A stretch of DNA of 64,000 nucleotides from the NCBI GenBank assembly GCA_001275005.1, contig JWZX01003352.1, positions 1-64,000 of the forward strand, in the 5' to 3' direction. A model generated the notes under the pieces. The model made no database searches, was not told the origin of the DNA, and saw only the letters and a program-made list of their open reading frames with translations. The stretch comes from Chrysochromulina tobinii (Eukaryota). The position numbers were made by a program, and so were the translations under genes. Positions 32,044 to 43,300 of this stretch are shown here, in pieces; positions within the stretch are counted from its first letter, which is position 1; each line of letters opens with the position of its first letter.

Positions 32044-35000
32044 TCAAGCCCTCACCAGAACACCGACGAACTCGCCGTACTCAATGGTGCCCGAGTTATC
32101 GCGATCGGCCTCACTCCATACCTCCTCCACCTGAGTAGGCGTGAGCGGCTGGCCGAGCGTTGTGAGGATTTTCACGAGCTCTGCCTTTGTGATGGTACCA
32201 CTCCTGTCCTGGTCGAAGCAGCGGAAGGCGGCCTTGAGTTCCTCCTCTTCATTGGACTCCCTCATCTTCTTCTTCATCATTCCGCAGAACTCGTCAAAGT
32301 CGATCTCGCCGTCGCCGCTCTCATCAACCTCCGCGACCATCTGCTTCACCTGCGCATCTGTCGGGGTCTCGCCGAGCGAGCGCATGACGGTGCCGAGCTC
32401 GTCGGCGCTGATCGAACCGGAGCCGTCCTTGTCGAAGAGCGCAAAGGCACTCTTGAACGACTCGAGCGCCACGTCATCGAGCATCGGGTCGGGGCGTGGG
32501 TACGGGTCGGGTTGTCCGAGGCGCTTGGCCTTGCGCTGCAAGAACTTGCGCTGGATGGCAAAGGCGGCGGCGTTCACGTCGGGTTTGACGAGCTCGATCG
32601 GTTTGTCGTCGCCGCCGCCCTCTTCGATCTTGTCAATCTGCCGAATCATCACGAACCAGTCCTCACCACTCGGCTCGCCGCTGTTCGTCACGAAGAACGC
32701 CTTGGCGAGCATCTCCGTACGAAGCAGCGACTGCGCGTTGGCCACGCGCCACTCGCGGACCGCCTGCTCTTGCACCATGGCAAAGGTGTTGCCCATCATG
32801 GCAATGAGCAGGTTGAGCAGCAGAATCAGCGCCATGATCAGATACATGAAGAGGAAGAGCACATAGAAGGCGAACTCGATCATCTGCGCCGTGTTGAAGT
32901 TCTGGAAGCCTCCCATGTGCACCTCGGGTGTCTCACCGAGGAGGGCGAGCTCGACGAGCGCCTGCACGGCGGCCGAGAGCGAGTTGAATTCGGGCGAGTT
33001 CATCGGCTTGAACACGTCGCCCGTGCGTGGGTAGCAGATGTACATAGCGAAGCCGTAGTTGATGAAGACGATCACGAAGACCTGCATGAACTTGGCGATG
33101 TCGTTGCCGAGCATCTTGTTAATCGTGATGAAGAGCACGCCGAGCTCCTGGTTGGGGTTGACGAGCGCCAAGAAAAAGTACTGCATCTCGATGAGCAGGC
33201 CGAGCGACATGAAGATCCAGATCGGGAAGATGTCGTCCTCGCCGCTCGTGCCTGCTTTGGACACTGCCGCGCCGGCGGCCCCTTGGAGCAAGCGACCGCT
33301 CTGGTCCAAGTCGGGGCCCCAGACCATCTCTTCAGTGATGCCAGCCGGCTTGTAGCCCATGATGAGGGCGATGCAGGCGACGGCGGTCAGGGCGCAGCCA
33401 ATCACCTTCGTGGTCACCATGTGCGAGCTCGCCCAGATTGAGAACTGCGCCAACTTATCGCTGGGTGGCCCCTGGTAGCCAGACCACCACATGATCGCCG
33501 AGCGAACGTCCTCCTCCAGGCAAGGGCCCATCGTGAGCAGAGTGCAGATGGGCAGCCACGTCTGCTGTAGCGCCACCACGGGCGCCTCCTTGAGCCAGAG
33601 CGCGTTCGTCACGAGTGGCACGAGGTACACGAGGTCGAGCAGACGGTGCACCACCCACATGCGCTGCCCAAAGCGCTCCCACTTCTCCTCAAAAAGCTTG
33701 TGCAGGAAGCCTTCCCGGAATTCGTCCAGCAGCATCTCCTGAGTCACGACCTTGGCGTCGAAGCGGCCGATGAGCTCGAGCACCTCGCCGCCCTGGCCCG
33801 AGGCGGAGTCGATGCCGTTCAGGTTGATCCGGAACTGCGTCACCGGCCCCCACTTCCACAGGATCGACGAGTACGTCGGCCGGCGCATGATGTGGTCGAA
33901 GACGTCGTGCAGGCCTAGCTGGCACGCGAGCTGCAGCGGCGTGAGGCCCGAGCCATAGCGCGCGAGGCACTCGGGCACGTTGCCGATGCCGCTCTTGAGC
34001 TTCTCGTCGCCCTTGAGCGTCTCGTTGAGCCCGAGCTCGGGCAAATCTACCAGGAAGTCGTACATGGACGCGAAGCCGTTACACACGGCCGCATGCATCG
34101 GTGAGAAGCCCGACTTCACGCATAGCTGGTCGGGCGCGTTCAGGTCGATGCTGCCGCGCACCTTGTTGTCCTTGGCGAGCGACAGGTACGTGGCGACCGC
34201 GCGCCGCATGCAAAAGGATGCGGCGTACGCGATCGGCGTGCCACCGTATTGGTTCATCGGCGGGCCAGAGAAGAAGACGCCCATCGCTTGCGAGCTGAAG
34301 GCCTCCTTGATCTGCTCGCGCGAGAGCAGCTCGTGGGCCATCTTGATCAGGTCGACCAGCGTGTCCTCCTGCGAGTTCACCGCGAGCACGTGGAAGGCGT
34401 TCTCTCCGACGAAGAAGCCGGGCAGGTGCGGCACTGCGATCATCTCGGGCCACCTCTTGTAGATGCCCATGCAGCAGTCGAGGGCGGCCTGGTTGTTGGA
34501 CACCATCATGGCGAGCACCCGAGTTCGCGCCTGACCAGTCGGGCAGCTTGAGCACGTCGCGCTCGAGATGCGAATCGGCGATTGTGAAAAAGACGAGCTT
34601 GAGCAGCTCCAGATACGCGCCTTCGAGAACGTCAAACTTCTTCTTGTTCGCCGCGACCGCGCTGGTCACGAGCGAGAGGAAGCCCTTGGAGGGAGCCGCT
34701 GGCGTCTTCCACACCACCTTGGGGAAGGTGTAAAGGTTGCAGCTGCCCGGCCGCAGCGAGACGGCCACGTCGCATTTGAGGTCTGTGTCCCACAACGTCG
34801 CCGTGATCGGCTCATCCCACGAGAGGGTATGCTGGCTCGTCATGTCCCACTTGATCCTCGTTAACTTGCCTCGAGGCAGCGCACGCGGCAGCTCAAATTC
34901 GAGGACCTGGATGGGATCCGGTCCAGTCGGCGTCGCATTGAACCCATGGGCGAGCCTCGGGTGCTTTTTGAAGATCTGCAAGCACGTCCAGAAGTAGTCC

Positions 35001-35140
35001 GGCGCTTCGCGGAACGAGTCCACGAGCAGCACCTGCGCAGGTAGCGGCGGCAATGCGGTGCTGCGGCGTGAGCACGGCACTGGCGGTGCGAGCATCGCGA
35101 GGCGTGTGCGGCAGCGCAGGCGGCAAAGGGCTTTCACCAT
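32044..35140 (-). CDS. TRPV-like ankyrin cation channel fused to an IQ-like motif and a four-EF-hand calmodulin-like domain; frameshift at 34518-34520; possible intron 35137-35033
   Basis: Ankyrin motifs (GENAFHVLA, GGTPIAYAA, GFSPMHAA, GLTPLQLA), WKWGPV, about six TM helices, S6/TRP box LLLNLLIAMMGNTF...EWR, IQRKFLQRK, and EF loops DKDGSGSISADE, DESGDGEIDFDE, DQDRSGTITKAE, DRDNSGTIEYGE. Confidence 0.85.
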
Positions 35141-35234
35141 TTCTGCTTTTGGTCGCGGCCGCAGCCGGTGGCAAAATACACAGTGCGGAACCGTTTCGTC
35201 CGATACTTCCAAGCGAATGGTCTTCCGAGCCCAC

Positions 35235-35282
35235 AACCTGGACTCTCTGACCTAGGGCCCGTGAAAACCTGGACTCTCTGAC
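35235..35282. promoter_or_regulatory. 17-bp direct repeat in a short divergent intergenic region (putative bidirectional promoter)
   Basis: aacctggactctctgac at 35235-35251 and 35266-35282, between ATGs at 35140(-) and 35308(+). Confidence 0.35.
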
Positions 35283-35307
35283 TGTCCCGTGTCTTCCACA
35301 GGCAACT

Positions 35308-36735
35308 ATGGCGGCCCTCGCGAAAAGGCTGCCGCGCACTGTTCTGCCGCCGCTTTCGCGCGCGATGTGGGGCGCGGTGGAGCCCGCCGCGCAGTCGCTC
35401 ATCGTGCCGCTCTCCAACTACTCCGAGCCGCCCGTGATGACCAAGGCCGGCGCGCCCGCCAAGGTGACGACGCTCGCGAACGGCTTCAAGGTCGCGTCAT
35501 GCGAGATGACGGGGCCGGCGACGACGGTGGGGGTGTACGTTGAGACGGGCAGCAAATTCGACTCGGTCCCGGGCACCGCGCACGTGCTGCAGCACATGGC
35601 CTTCAAGAGCTCGACCTCGAAGTCGGCGCTCATGATGGTGCGCGATGCCGAGATGATGGGTGCGGCGGTGTCGTGCACGACGGGGCGCGAGAACATGGTG
35701 TACCAGGTGGACACGCTCACCGCGTCCGTCCCCGCGGCAGTCGCCATGCTCGCCGAGACCACGCTCCGGCCGAAGCTCCTCGCGTGGGAGCTCCAGGAGG
35801 CGGGCAGCACGGTTGAGGCGGAGGCGAGCAGCATGAAGGCAAACCACATGGCGCTGGTGCAGGAGCTGATGCACCCGGCCGCGTACGGCGCGGCGAGCCC
35901 GCTCGGCAAGCCGCTCATGGCCAAGCCGTCCAGCCTCGGCGACGTCGACCCCTCGGTCCTCGGCGCCTTCGTGAGCACGCAGTTCGTGCCCGAGAAGATG
36001 GTGCTCGCCGCCGCAGGCTACGACCACGACGAGCTCGTGAGCCTCGCAAAGAAGTACTTTGGCGGGCTGCCCAAGGGCGGCGCGGCCGCGGCGCCCCCCA
36101 AGGACAGCTACGTCGGCGGCGAGGTTCGGCTTCTGCAGGAGGAGCCCGTCACGCACTTTGCCATCGGATTCGAGGGGACCGGATGGAAAGGTGCGGACCT
36201 CGTCCCCCTGTGTGTGCTCAACACGCTCATGGGCGGCGGCACGTCCTTCTCGGCGGGCGGCCCGGGCAAGGGCATGTATACGCGCCTCTACCAGAACGTG
36301 CTCAACCGCCTCCCCTTCGTGCAGGCTGCCTCGGTCTTCAACTCGTTCTACAACGAGACCGGCGTCTTCGGCGTGTACGGTGCGGCGCCTGCCTCGGAGA
36401 TGGGCTCGCTCGTCTCGGCGCTCCTCGACGAGCTCAAGAAGATGAAGGGCGCGATCTCGGCGGAGGAGCTCGCGCGCGCCAAGATGCAGCTCAAGGCCTC
36501 GCTCCTCATGAACCTCGAGTCGCGCCCCGTCCTCTTCGAGGACATCGGCCGGCAGGTACTCACATACGGCGCGCGCACTGAGCCGGAGGCGCTCGTGAAG
36601 CAAATCGAGGCCGTTACTGCCGCGGACCTCACCAAGGTGGCGACCAAGCTGCTCAAGTCGCCGCCGTCGGTCGTCGTCGTCGGCGACACCACCGCCGTGC
36701 CCCGCTACGATATCATCGCCAAAGCGCTCGCCTAA
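35308..36735 (+). CDS. MPPA: Mitochondrial processing peptidase alpha subunit (M16B)
   Basis: Presequence, TTLANGFKVAS, degenerate HxxEH (HVLQH), and the diagnostic glycine loop GGGTSFSAGGPGKGMYTRLY. Confidence 0.93.
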   Translation: MAALAKRLPRTVLPPLSRAMWGAVEPAAQSLIVPLSNYSEPPVMTKAGAPAKVTTLANGFKVASCEMTGPATTVGVYVETGSKFDSVPGTAHVLQHMAFKSSTSKSALMMVRDAEMMGAAVSCTTGRENMVYQVDTLTASVPAAVAMLAETTLRPKLLAWELQEAGSTVEAEASSMKANHMALVQELMHPAAYGAASPLGKPLMAKPSSLGDVDPSVLGAFVSTQFVPEKMVLAAAGYDHDELVSLAKKYFGGLPKGGAAAAPPKDSYVGGEVRLLQEEPVTHFAIGFEGTGWKGADLVPLCVLNTLMGGGTSFSAGGPGKGMYTRLYQNVLNRLPFVQAASVFNSFYNETGVFGVYGAAPASEMGSLVSALLDELKKMKGAISAEELARAKMQLKASLLMNLESRPVLFEDIGRQVLTYGARTEPEALVKQIEAVTAADLTKVATKLLKSPPSVVVVGDTTAVPRYDIIAKALA

Positions 36736-37238
36736 GGCGCACACGCCGTCGAGCGACCCGGCGTGTCATGGGACGGGGGCAGAGGGGCCTGAGCGCGGCA
36801 GTGGCTGGGCACGGGCGTGACGATGAACGAGCGATGAGGCATCTTTGGGGGCGGGGGGCGGGAGGAGGGCTGAACTGCATGGCGTCAGGCGAGGGGTGGT
36901 CGGGGAGTGCGCGAGCCGGAAGGCACTGCGCTTAGTATTTGCGGCTGCGCTTGCAGCTCGAACTGCGGGGCGGCCTGGATCAGGGGACCGTACTGGGCAG
37001 AGAATTCGTCCGGAATCATGTACGCTGCCCGGTGATCGGCGCCGCACGCGCACGGCACTCTCGACTCTGCAGCGGTGTTGGCCGTTTATTTGCGTTGATT
37101 TGCAAAGTAACGCGGTCGCGCCGGCGTGGTGCGCGCCTGCACCAGTAGCGCCGGTATTTTTATGCCGGCGGTTCGTGTTTTTCACAGCAGCTGGAGCAAT
37201 GGGAGGGGAATGCACCCTGACGTCATATCACATTGCAT

Positions 37239-38753
37239 ATGTTATGCTCGACAGACGTGGCCGATGTGGGCTTGGCCGCCCACTTTCTTGGCGATGACAC
37301 ATTTCGGCTCAGCGTGTGCATAGTGGCTCTGAGCGGCGACGCACGCCATCTAGCTCTCGCGCGCGGCCACCAGGTGCTTCTGTTGCCGCAGCCACAGCCG
37401 CTGGCGGTGCACGATGAGGTCCGCAGCATGTGTTGGCTCGTGCCCACGGGCCACGGACGCGACGTGCTTATGATCGGCTGCGTGTCCGGCAAGCTGATGG
37501 CATTTTCAGCCTTGGGAGCGCTGCTGTGGACTCACACGTTGAACGCGACGCCGCTCGTGCAGTTGCAGCCAGCGCACACGGACGACGACGACTGCCCAGA
37601 GCTGTTGTGCCTGCACGAAACCCACGTCGTGGCGTGCTACGCCGGCGCCCTGGGCCGCGCACTCGCTGGCCGACGCGCCGCATTCGACAACCACAAATTG
37701 CCTGCGGAGGCGGTCGGCTGCCACTCCCTCGTCTGCTGTGGCCTGCTACCGCGCTTCCCGCTGGACTTGTCGCCGGATCCCGAGCCTCACGAGCGGCGGC
37801 TGGCACTTGTGGGGGCAACGGCACAGGCCGTGCAGCTGATCACGATCGCACCCCCGCTCAAGACGCGCGCAACCACCAACGGGCTCCACGCGACAGCTGC
37901 AGCAGCAGCGCCGTCCGCCGGCGGTGGCCGTGGGCGCGTGGCCCGAGTGGCACTGGGCCTTGGGGCAGCCTGGGCTTATCTCGGGGGTAGGGACGGCGGC
38001 GCCACTGAGGATGGCATCAAGAGCGGCGGCGGGGATGGCGGCAGGGATGGCGGCGGCGGCGGCGGCGGCGACGACGAACGCGGCGACGGCGGCGGCGGCG
38101 GCGACGGCGACGACGAAGACGTTGGCGACAGCTCTGCTGATGGTCATGCGAATCCTTGGATCACAACGTTTGGCGAGGCGGAGGTGTGCCGCGATGTAGG
38201 CGACGCCCCCCGCGTGTACGAGCGGCTTGTGCTCGAACCAAGACGGCGCTGGCTCGCCGCCACCGACACCCTCGGGCGCGTCGCCCTACTCGAAGCTCGC
38301 TCACTAGTGGCCGTGCGGCTCTGGAAAGGGTATCGTGAGGCCCTGTGCGGCTGGACCGACACTGCTGCCGTCGTCGCGGGCGGCAACGAGGGCGGCGCCG
38401 CCGCCGGCGCCCTCGGCGCCGGCAGTGGCTCCAGCAGTGGCTCCAACTCTCGATCGATGCGTGCCAAGGTCCCTCTGCTCGTCATCTACGCGCCGCGCCG
38501 AGGTCTTCTGGAGTTATGGAGAGTTCCCACAGGTGGTCGAGTGTGCGCATGCACTGTAGGGCCTGACTGCGTGCTGCTCACGCCACCGCCGCGACCTGCG
38601 ACGATCAAGGGAGCGGCCGAAGGCGGCGGAGGACGCGCGCGATGCTGGCTGCTGCAACCGAGCGGCGTCCTCAGCCTCATTACCGCTGGTGTGGATTCGC
38701 TCGAGGCCGAGCCTCCTCCAGAGCAGGACCCTAGATTTGTAGCTGTGGACTGA
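37239..38753 (+). CDS. RAB3GAP2: Rab3-GAP regulatory subunit N-terminal-domain protein
   Basis: LAATDTLGRVALL...RLWKGYREA.CGW and LVIYAPRRGLLELW. Confidence 0.78.
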   Translation: MLCSTDVADVGLAAHFLGDDTFRLSVCIVALSGDARHLALARGHQVLLLPQPQPLAVHDEVRSMCWLVPTGHGRDVLMIGCVSGKLMAFSALGALLWTHTLNATPLVQLQPAHTDDDDCPELLCLHETHVVACYAGALGRALAGRRAAFDNHKLPAEAVGCHSLVCCGLLPRFPLDLSPDPEPHERRLALVGATAQAVQLITIAPPLKTRATTNGLHATAAAAAPSAGGGRGRVARVALGLGAAWAYLGGRDGGATEDGIKSGGGDGGRDGGGGGGGDDERGDGGGGGDGDDEDVGDSSADGHANPWITTFGEAEVCRDVGDAPRVYERLVLEPRRRWLAATDTLGRVALLEARSLVAVRLWKGYREALCGWTDTAAVVAGGNEGGAAAGALGAGSGSSSGSNSRSMRAKVPLLVIYAPRRGLLELWRVPTGGRVCACTVGPDCVLLTPPPRPATIKGAAEGGGGRARCWLLQPSGVLSLITAGVDSLEAEPPPEQDPRFVAVD

Positions 38754-39007
38754 CGGCCGCAGAAAGGACACAAATTGTAGCCGTGTTACCGTAACCGAAC
38801 GCCGTGCACACACAGCACAGTCGCGCCCTCCGCCCACAGTCTCTGCATGGGGCGAGCGCGCACCCTCAACATCGCACGTTCTGCTCAATGTCGCATCAGA
38901 CGGTTCGCGTATCGCGAAATTTTGAACACCGAAAACTCAAAACATCTTGCTCGTTGCTCCTCAAAAGCCGTGTGCGGTGTGGCGAAACGACGTCGAGCAG
39001 AACGCTC

Positions 39008-39780
39008 TTAAAGCCCGTGCTTCGCTCGCTCCTTCTCCACGTTGACGCCGAGCGTATCGAGCAGTCGGAGCGCGGCCGATGGATCGGAACACTGGAGACA
39101 CTTGCCAATCAGCTTCGCCTTCTCCGTCTGCACTTCCTGGCCCAGACCCACCAGGAGCAGGTTGACGTCGGGCCAGATGTGACGTGGCATCCAGCCCTCG
39201 ATGACCTTGCGCGTCTTCTCGGGCGTCTTGCTGCCCTGCGCGCCCGCCCAGCCGAGCTGGTTGCAGATGCGATGCACGTGCGTGTCCACCGAGATCCCCA
39301 CAGTCTCGTCAAAGGCGACCCTCATTAGGATGATTGCCATTTTAGGGCCAACGCCTGGGAGATCGAGCAGCGCGTCCATCGTGCGCGGTACCTCGCCCTC
39401 GTGCCGCTCGAGCAGCAGGCGCGTCGTCTCCTTGATGAAGCGCACCTTGTTGTTGTGGAAGCCGACCTGACGAATGTACTCGTGCAGCGTGTCATCCGTC
39501 ATCGCGCTAACTGACGTTACCGTTAAGCCTCCAGGCTGGTGCGCTCGCAGCTTCTTCATCGTGGCCATATTGATCGTGTCCTTGGTCTGGCTCGAGAGCA
39601 TCAGCGAGATGAGCGCCTGGTACGCGCGCTCGCTCGCGCTCACATCTCCGATCGCCGAGATCGCCTCGGTCCCCATCGAGTCGACCACCGCCGTGCGGTC
39701 GGCACGCAGCTCAACGATCAGGTCCCACGTGGACTGCCAGCCGGGCGGAGGAGCGATCGCGGCGGCGCTCGACTTGGAGG

Positions 39781-39821
<41 letters not shown>

Positions 39822-40105
39822 GCCGGCTCGGACGAGACCTCGCCGGCCGCCTTGCGGCTGCGCTTCTTTGGCTGCGGCTCGGTAGATTCTGCATCCGCCT
39901 CGGCAAGTTTGGTGGCTTTCGGTGGGCGGCCGCGCTTCTTCGGCTGCGCTTTGGGCGGGTCTGCCTCCGCCTTGGGCGAGCCTGCCTCCGCCTCGACCGA
40001 TTCGAGCCGCGCGACCACTGTCGAAAACTTGAGGGGTCGCCCTCTCCTACGCTCACCATCGCCTGTCATGCACATGGCCGCACTACCAATACGCGTGCGC
40101 ACCAT
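39008..40105 (-). CDS. NTH1: Endonuclease III-like HhH-GPD DNA glycosylase/AP lyase (start uncertain)
   Basis: LISLMLSSQTKD, VGFHNNK, HhH motif LLDLPGVGPKMA, ISVDTHVHRI, TPEKTR, NLLLVGLGQ; N-terminal AT-hook-like RGRP motifs. Confidence 0.9.
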
Positions 40106-40390
40106 CAGAGCTGCGGAGCGCGCTGGATGCAGGTGAGGGAGCGCACAGCAACGCGCTGCCACGGAGGCGAGCGCTGCGCAGAGGGCCCTGATGGTCGCCA
40201 ACAGCGTCGAGGAAGTGACGTTTCGTTTGCGGAAAGTTCCGGCCCCCGGTGTGTTTTGAACGGGGACGTTTACCGAGTAGCCTTTTGCCCCCTCACGGTG
40301 CTCGAGTGCTCCAAGTGGGGTAATGATTGAATTCGCAATTATTTTTGTCACGTTCGTGACACGATTTTTTCTGCCTCGAACATAGTCGCG

Positions 40391-43300
40391 ATGAATCCAG
40401 TCGCGGAGGCGGCTGGTCAGCTGCTTCACAACAGAGGTGGATCGATGCTGTTGTCTCAATTCATCGCGGATCTGTACGAAAAGATTCCTATAGCCGCGAA
40501 GGAGCAGATCGCCGCAGCCGGTGGGCCAAAGAAGTGGGCCAACACGTCAGGCTTCACAATTACTTATGGGCCCAAGCCAGGTATGGAGACCATCGCGAAA
40601 GCGGGGCATTCGACAGCACCGCCGCATCGCTGTAAGCGTGGAGTCGCGTCCTCGTCATGCTCCAGCGCAGCGCTCGCGGCTGCACCCAGGACCAGCAAGG
40701 CACCTACTGCTGCGGCTGGCAAAGCACCTGCCATGACTGATATGATCGACCCAGGGCGAGGTGCTCGGCCGGGCTTCTTCGATGCATGGCAGGTCTGCGA
40801 GTACTGCCGGAGCAAGGCGGTTGGCCGAACCGACACAGACGGCGTCTTCTACTGCAACAGCTGTTGGAAGAGCTGGAAGGATGTGGACGTCGAGCTGACT
40901 CTGACGGCCTCCGGCGGGGGCTCTGTTGGGCTGGTTCCTCCGGTCGCCGGCAGCGCGGTCGTCACTGCCACCGTGCCAACGGGGCCCATCAAGTCGTCCA
41001 GCTTGCAGCGCTCTCAGTCGTTCAACAGGAAAGAGAAGAAAGACGCCAAGACGCTGGAGGCAGCACCGCCTGCAAGTCGAGTCAACGAGCGTCCGCGCGA
41101 TCTAGAGCTTCGGCTCTCGCTCGACCGCCAAGCATCGCCTGCGGAGAAGGCGCGATACGCGAATCTAAACCCTGGTGGCGTGTTTGCATGCTTCAAGGAG
41201 ACCTTCGAGCTAGGTCCCAAACACTTCGGCACCATCACCTTTCACGCGGGCAACTTCAGTGTACCCCTGCGCTTGATCGACGACGCCGCAGAAAGGGCGA
41301 TCAAAGAGCTGACAGTGAGGCCGCGATGGCGGGTCAAGGGCACTGCGCTCTTCGTTCGCCAAGGGAGTGACAAGCAGGCGGCATCGCCTCGTGAACAGCA
41401 CACCATGCCGTCGCATGGCAGCGCCCGCCCGCCCGCCGCGGTTATCTCGGAAGACATTGCCAAGTTTTGGGCCCGACTGAAGACCGCGCTCGAAGGTGGC
41501 ATGAAGGTCGACGCGCTCAAGCTACACGAACCGCACAGCCGGCAGCTGTGGCTCGCATGCTGGAAGGCAGCGGCGGCTGGAGTGTCCGGAAGCGGCCACG
41601 ACGTGCTGCTCAAGGTGCTGCTCAAGGCAGCGGCCACGTCAAATCTAGCGCCGCCGCCGCTCGTGCGAGGCTGCGTCTTGATCCCTCAGCCCATGGGCCC
41701 ACACCTTTCCGCTGCGTAGTCATTCAGAGGGTGCCGGATCGAATCGCGCCCACGCAGGATGTTATGCAAGTACTCGGCCACTATGTCAACTTCGTCAAGA
41801 GCTCCGCGCGGAGCCACGAAGACGCTCTCGCAGCACTTGAGCTCGTGGCAGATGTCGTGTCCAGCCGCGTTATTGGGCGTGAGTCAACAGTTGACAGTCA
41901 CGAGGCCGTGATCGAGCAGCTCTCGAGCCTCACTGACGCGTTCATGAAGTTGGCTGGCGATGCACAGAACCGTTCTAACGCTCTGCGCGTAATGATGCGA
42001 GCCAACGCGGCTTCCTCGCGTTTCCTCGCATCGATCGACGCGTGCGAGGAGGCGGCGAAGCGTTTGGCCATTGACGGGCCCACTCGCTGTGTCGAGAGCG
42101 AAGATGGCCTGCACCAACCGTGGATGGGATGGGCTACTGAGCCGACCATCGGCTGGCTGATGGGAACAGACTGGCTTCACCCACCCGGGCTCTCCTCAGT
42201 CTATTCGGACCCTACAGCGTACTGCAAAGCCCTGCAGCAGCTGACCACTATGCTCACATTTTACTGGGGCGCGGGCGCAATTGCGCCGAGGTGCCGCCAT
42301 CAGCAGGTCGGTGGGGGCGATGCCAAGTGCTGTAATGAGCCACTGCTTCACCTCGCGAGAGGGCACGCGGAATGCACCGCGCGCCTTCCAAACGGTTCTC
42401 CCTGCCGCAGTCCGGCAATGTTCACCTGCCCGCGCGGAAATCACGCAGATCGTGTCTGCGCGCCATGCCTGAAGCGCTCACAGCTCGCTCTCATGGGCAG
42501 CCCAGGAGCGAAGTCATTCCCTTCCACCGACATCTATGACGCTGTCATCCAAGGAGAGCTTGTCCGGCGTGAGGGTCATGTGTACGTACTCTCGGAGCTA
42601 CGCTCACGCCGACCGCCTCGGGACGAACCGAACTGGCGAACAACCTATCGCCTCGCTTGCCCTGCTCTCGTCGCCATCTGCCGCCTGACAATATCCGGCG
42701 AGGCTTTGCTGCCCTCGACTCGCATGTTTTGGGCTGAAGTTGTAAACTTGGTGAGCGGGCCGGGCGCAGACGAGGCGCAAGCTCGAAAGTCTGGGCGTAT
42801 GGCCGTCAGGCTACTCGGCCGCTCCGACATCAGCGTGCTACCAAGGGCAGCAGATCTCAACGTCGGCACGCGCGTTTGTGTCATCGACCTTCGGGTCTTC
42901 GCGCCGGAGGTGGTGCCGGTCCTAGCGACGTTCGCTGACCCGCAACTGCCCGAGCAGTTCGGCCGCATGAGCTTTGTGCAGCGCCTCATCGGCCAGGGTG
43001 ATCCGCCGCAGCCCATGCTCATCGGGGACGCGACCTGTATACCAGAACGCATTGCCAACGCGATCAATAGGACAGAGATTCAGCTCGTGCAGCGCCTACC
43101 TGGCGAGGCTCGCGCTCGCATCATCGATCAGATCAGCTTGCTGGCCGCAAAAGCCACGCTGTACGGTACGCAGCTCGACGCCTTCTGCAATGCGCTTCAG
43201 TACTCGGTGCATTGCACGCAGGGGCCTCCAGGCACGGGCAAGAGTTACACAGGCGTGCAGCTCATCGCGGCACTAAACATCATGCGGCAAGCGCTCATAG

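Noticed and set aside
31882..33441. 519-aa plus-strand ORF and other long antisense ORFs (e.g. 35497-36744, 47801-49321, 54153-55097, 24753-25856)
   Set aside because: They are shadow frames of well-supported opposite-strand genes, expected with GC-rich codon bias, and carry no motifs.
28889..36735. Mitochondrial proteostasis cluster (Hsp78 and MPP-alpha)
   Set aside because: Only two genes, separated by an unrelated channel gene; compatible with chance.
39782..39817. (GCT)n run, and the (GTC)n/(CTC)n runs at about 60028-60100
   Set aside because: Ordinary codon repeats encoding poly-Ser and poly-Asp/Glu.
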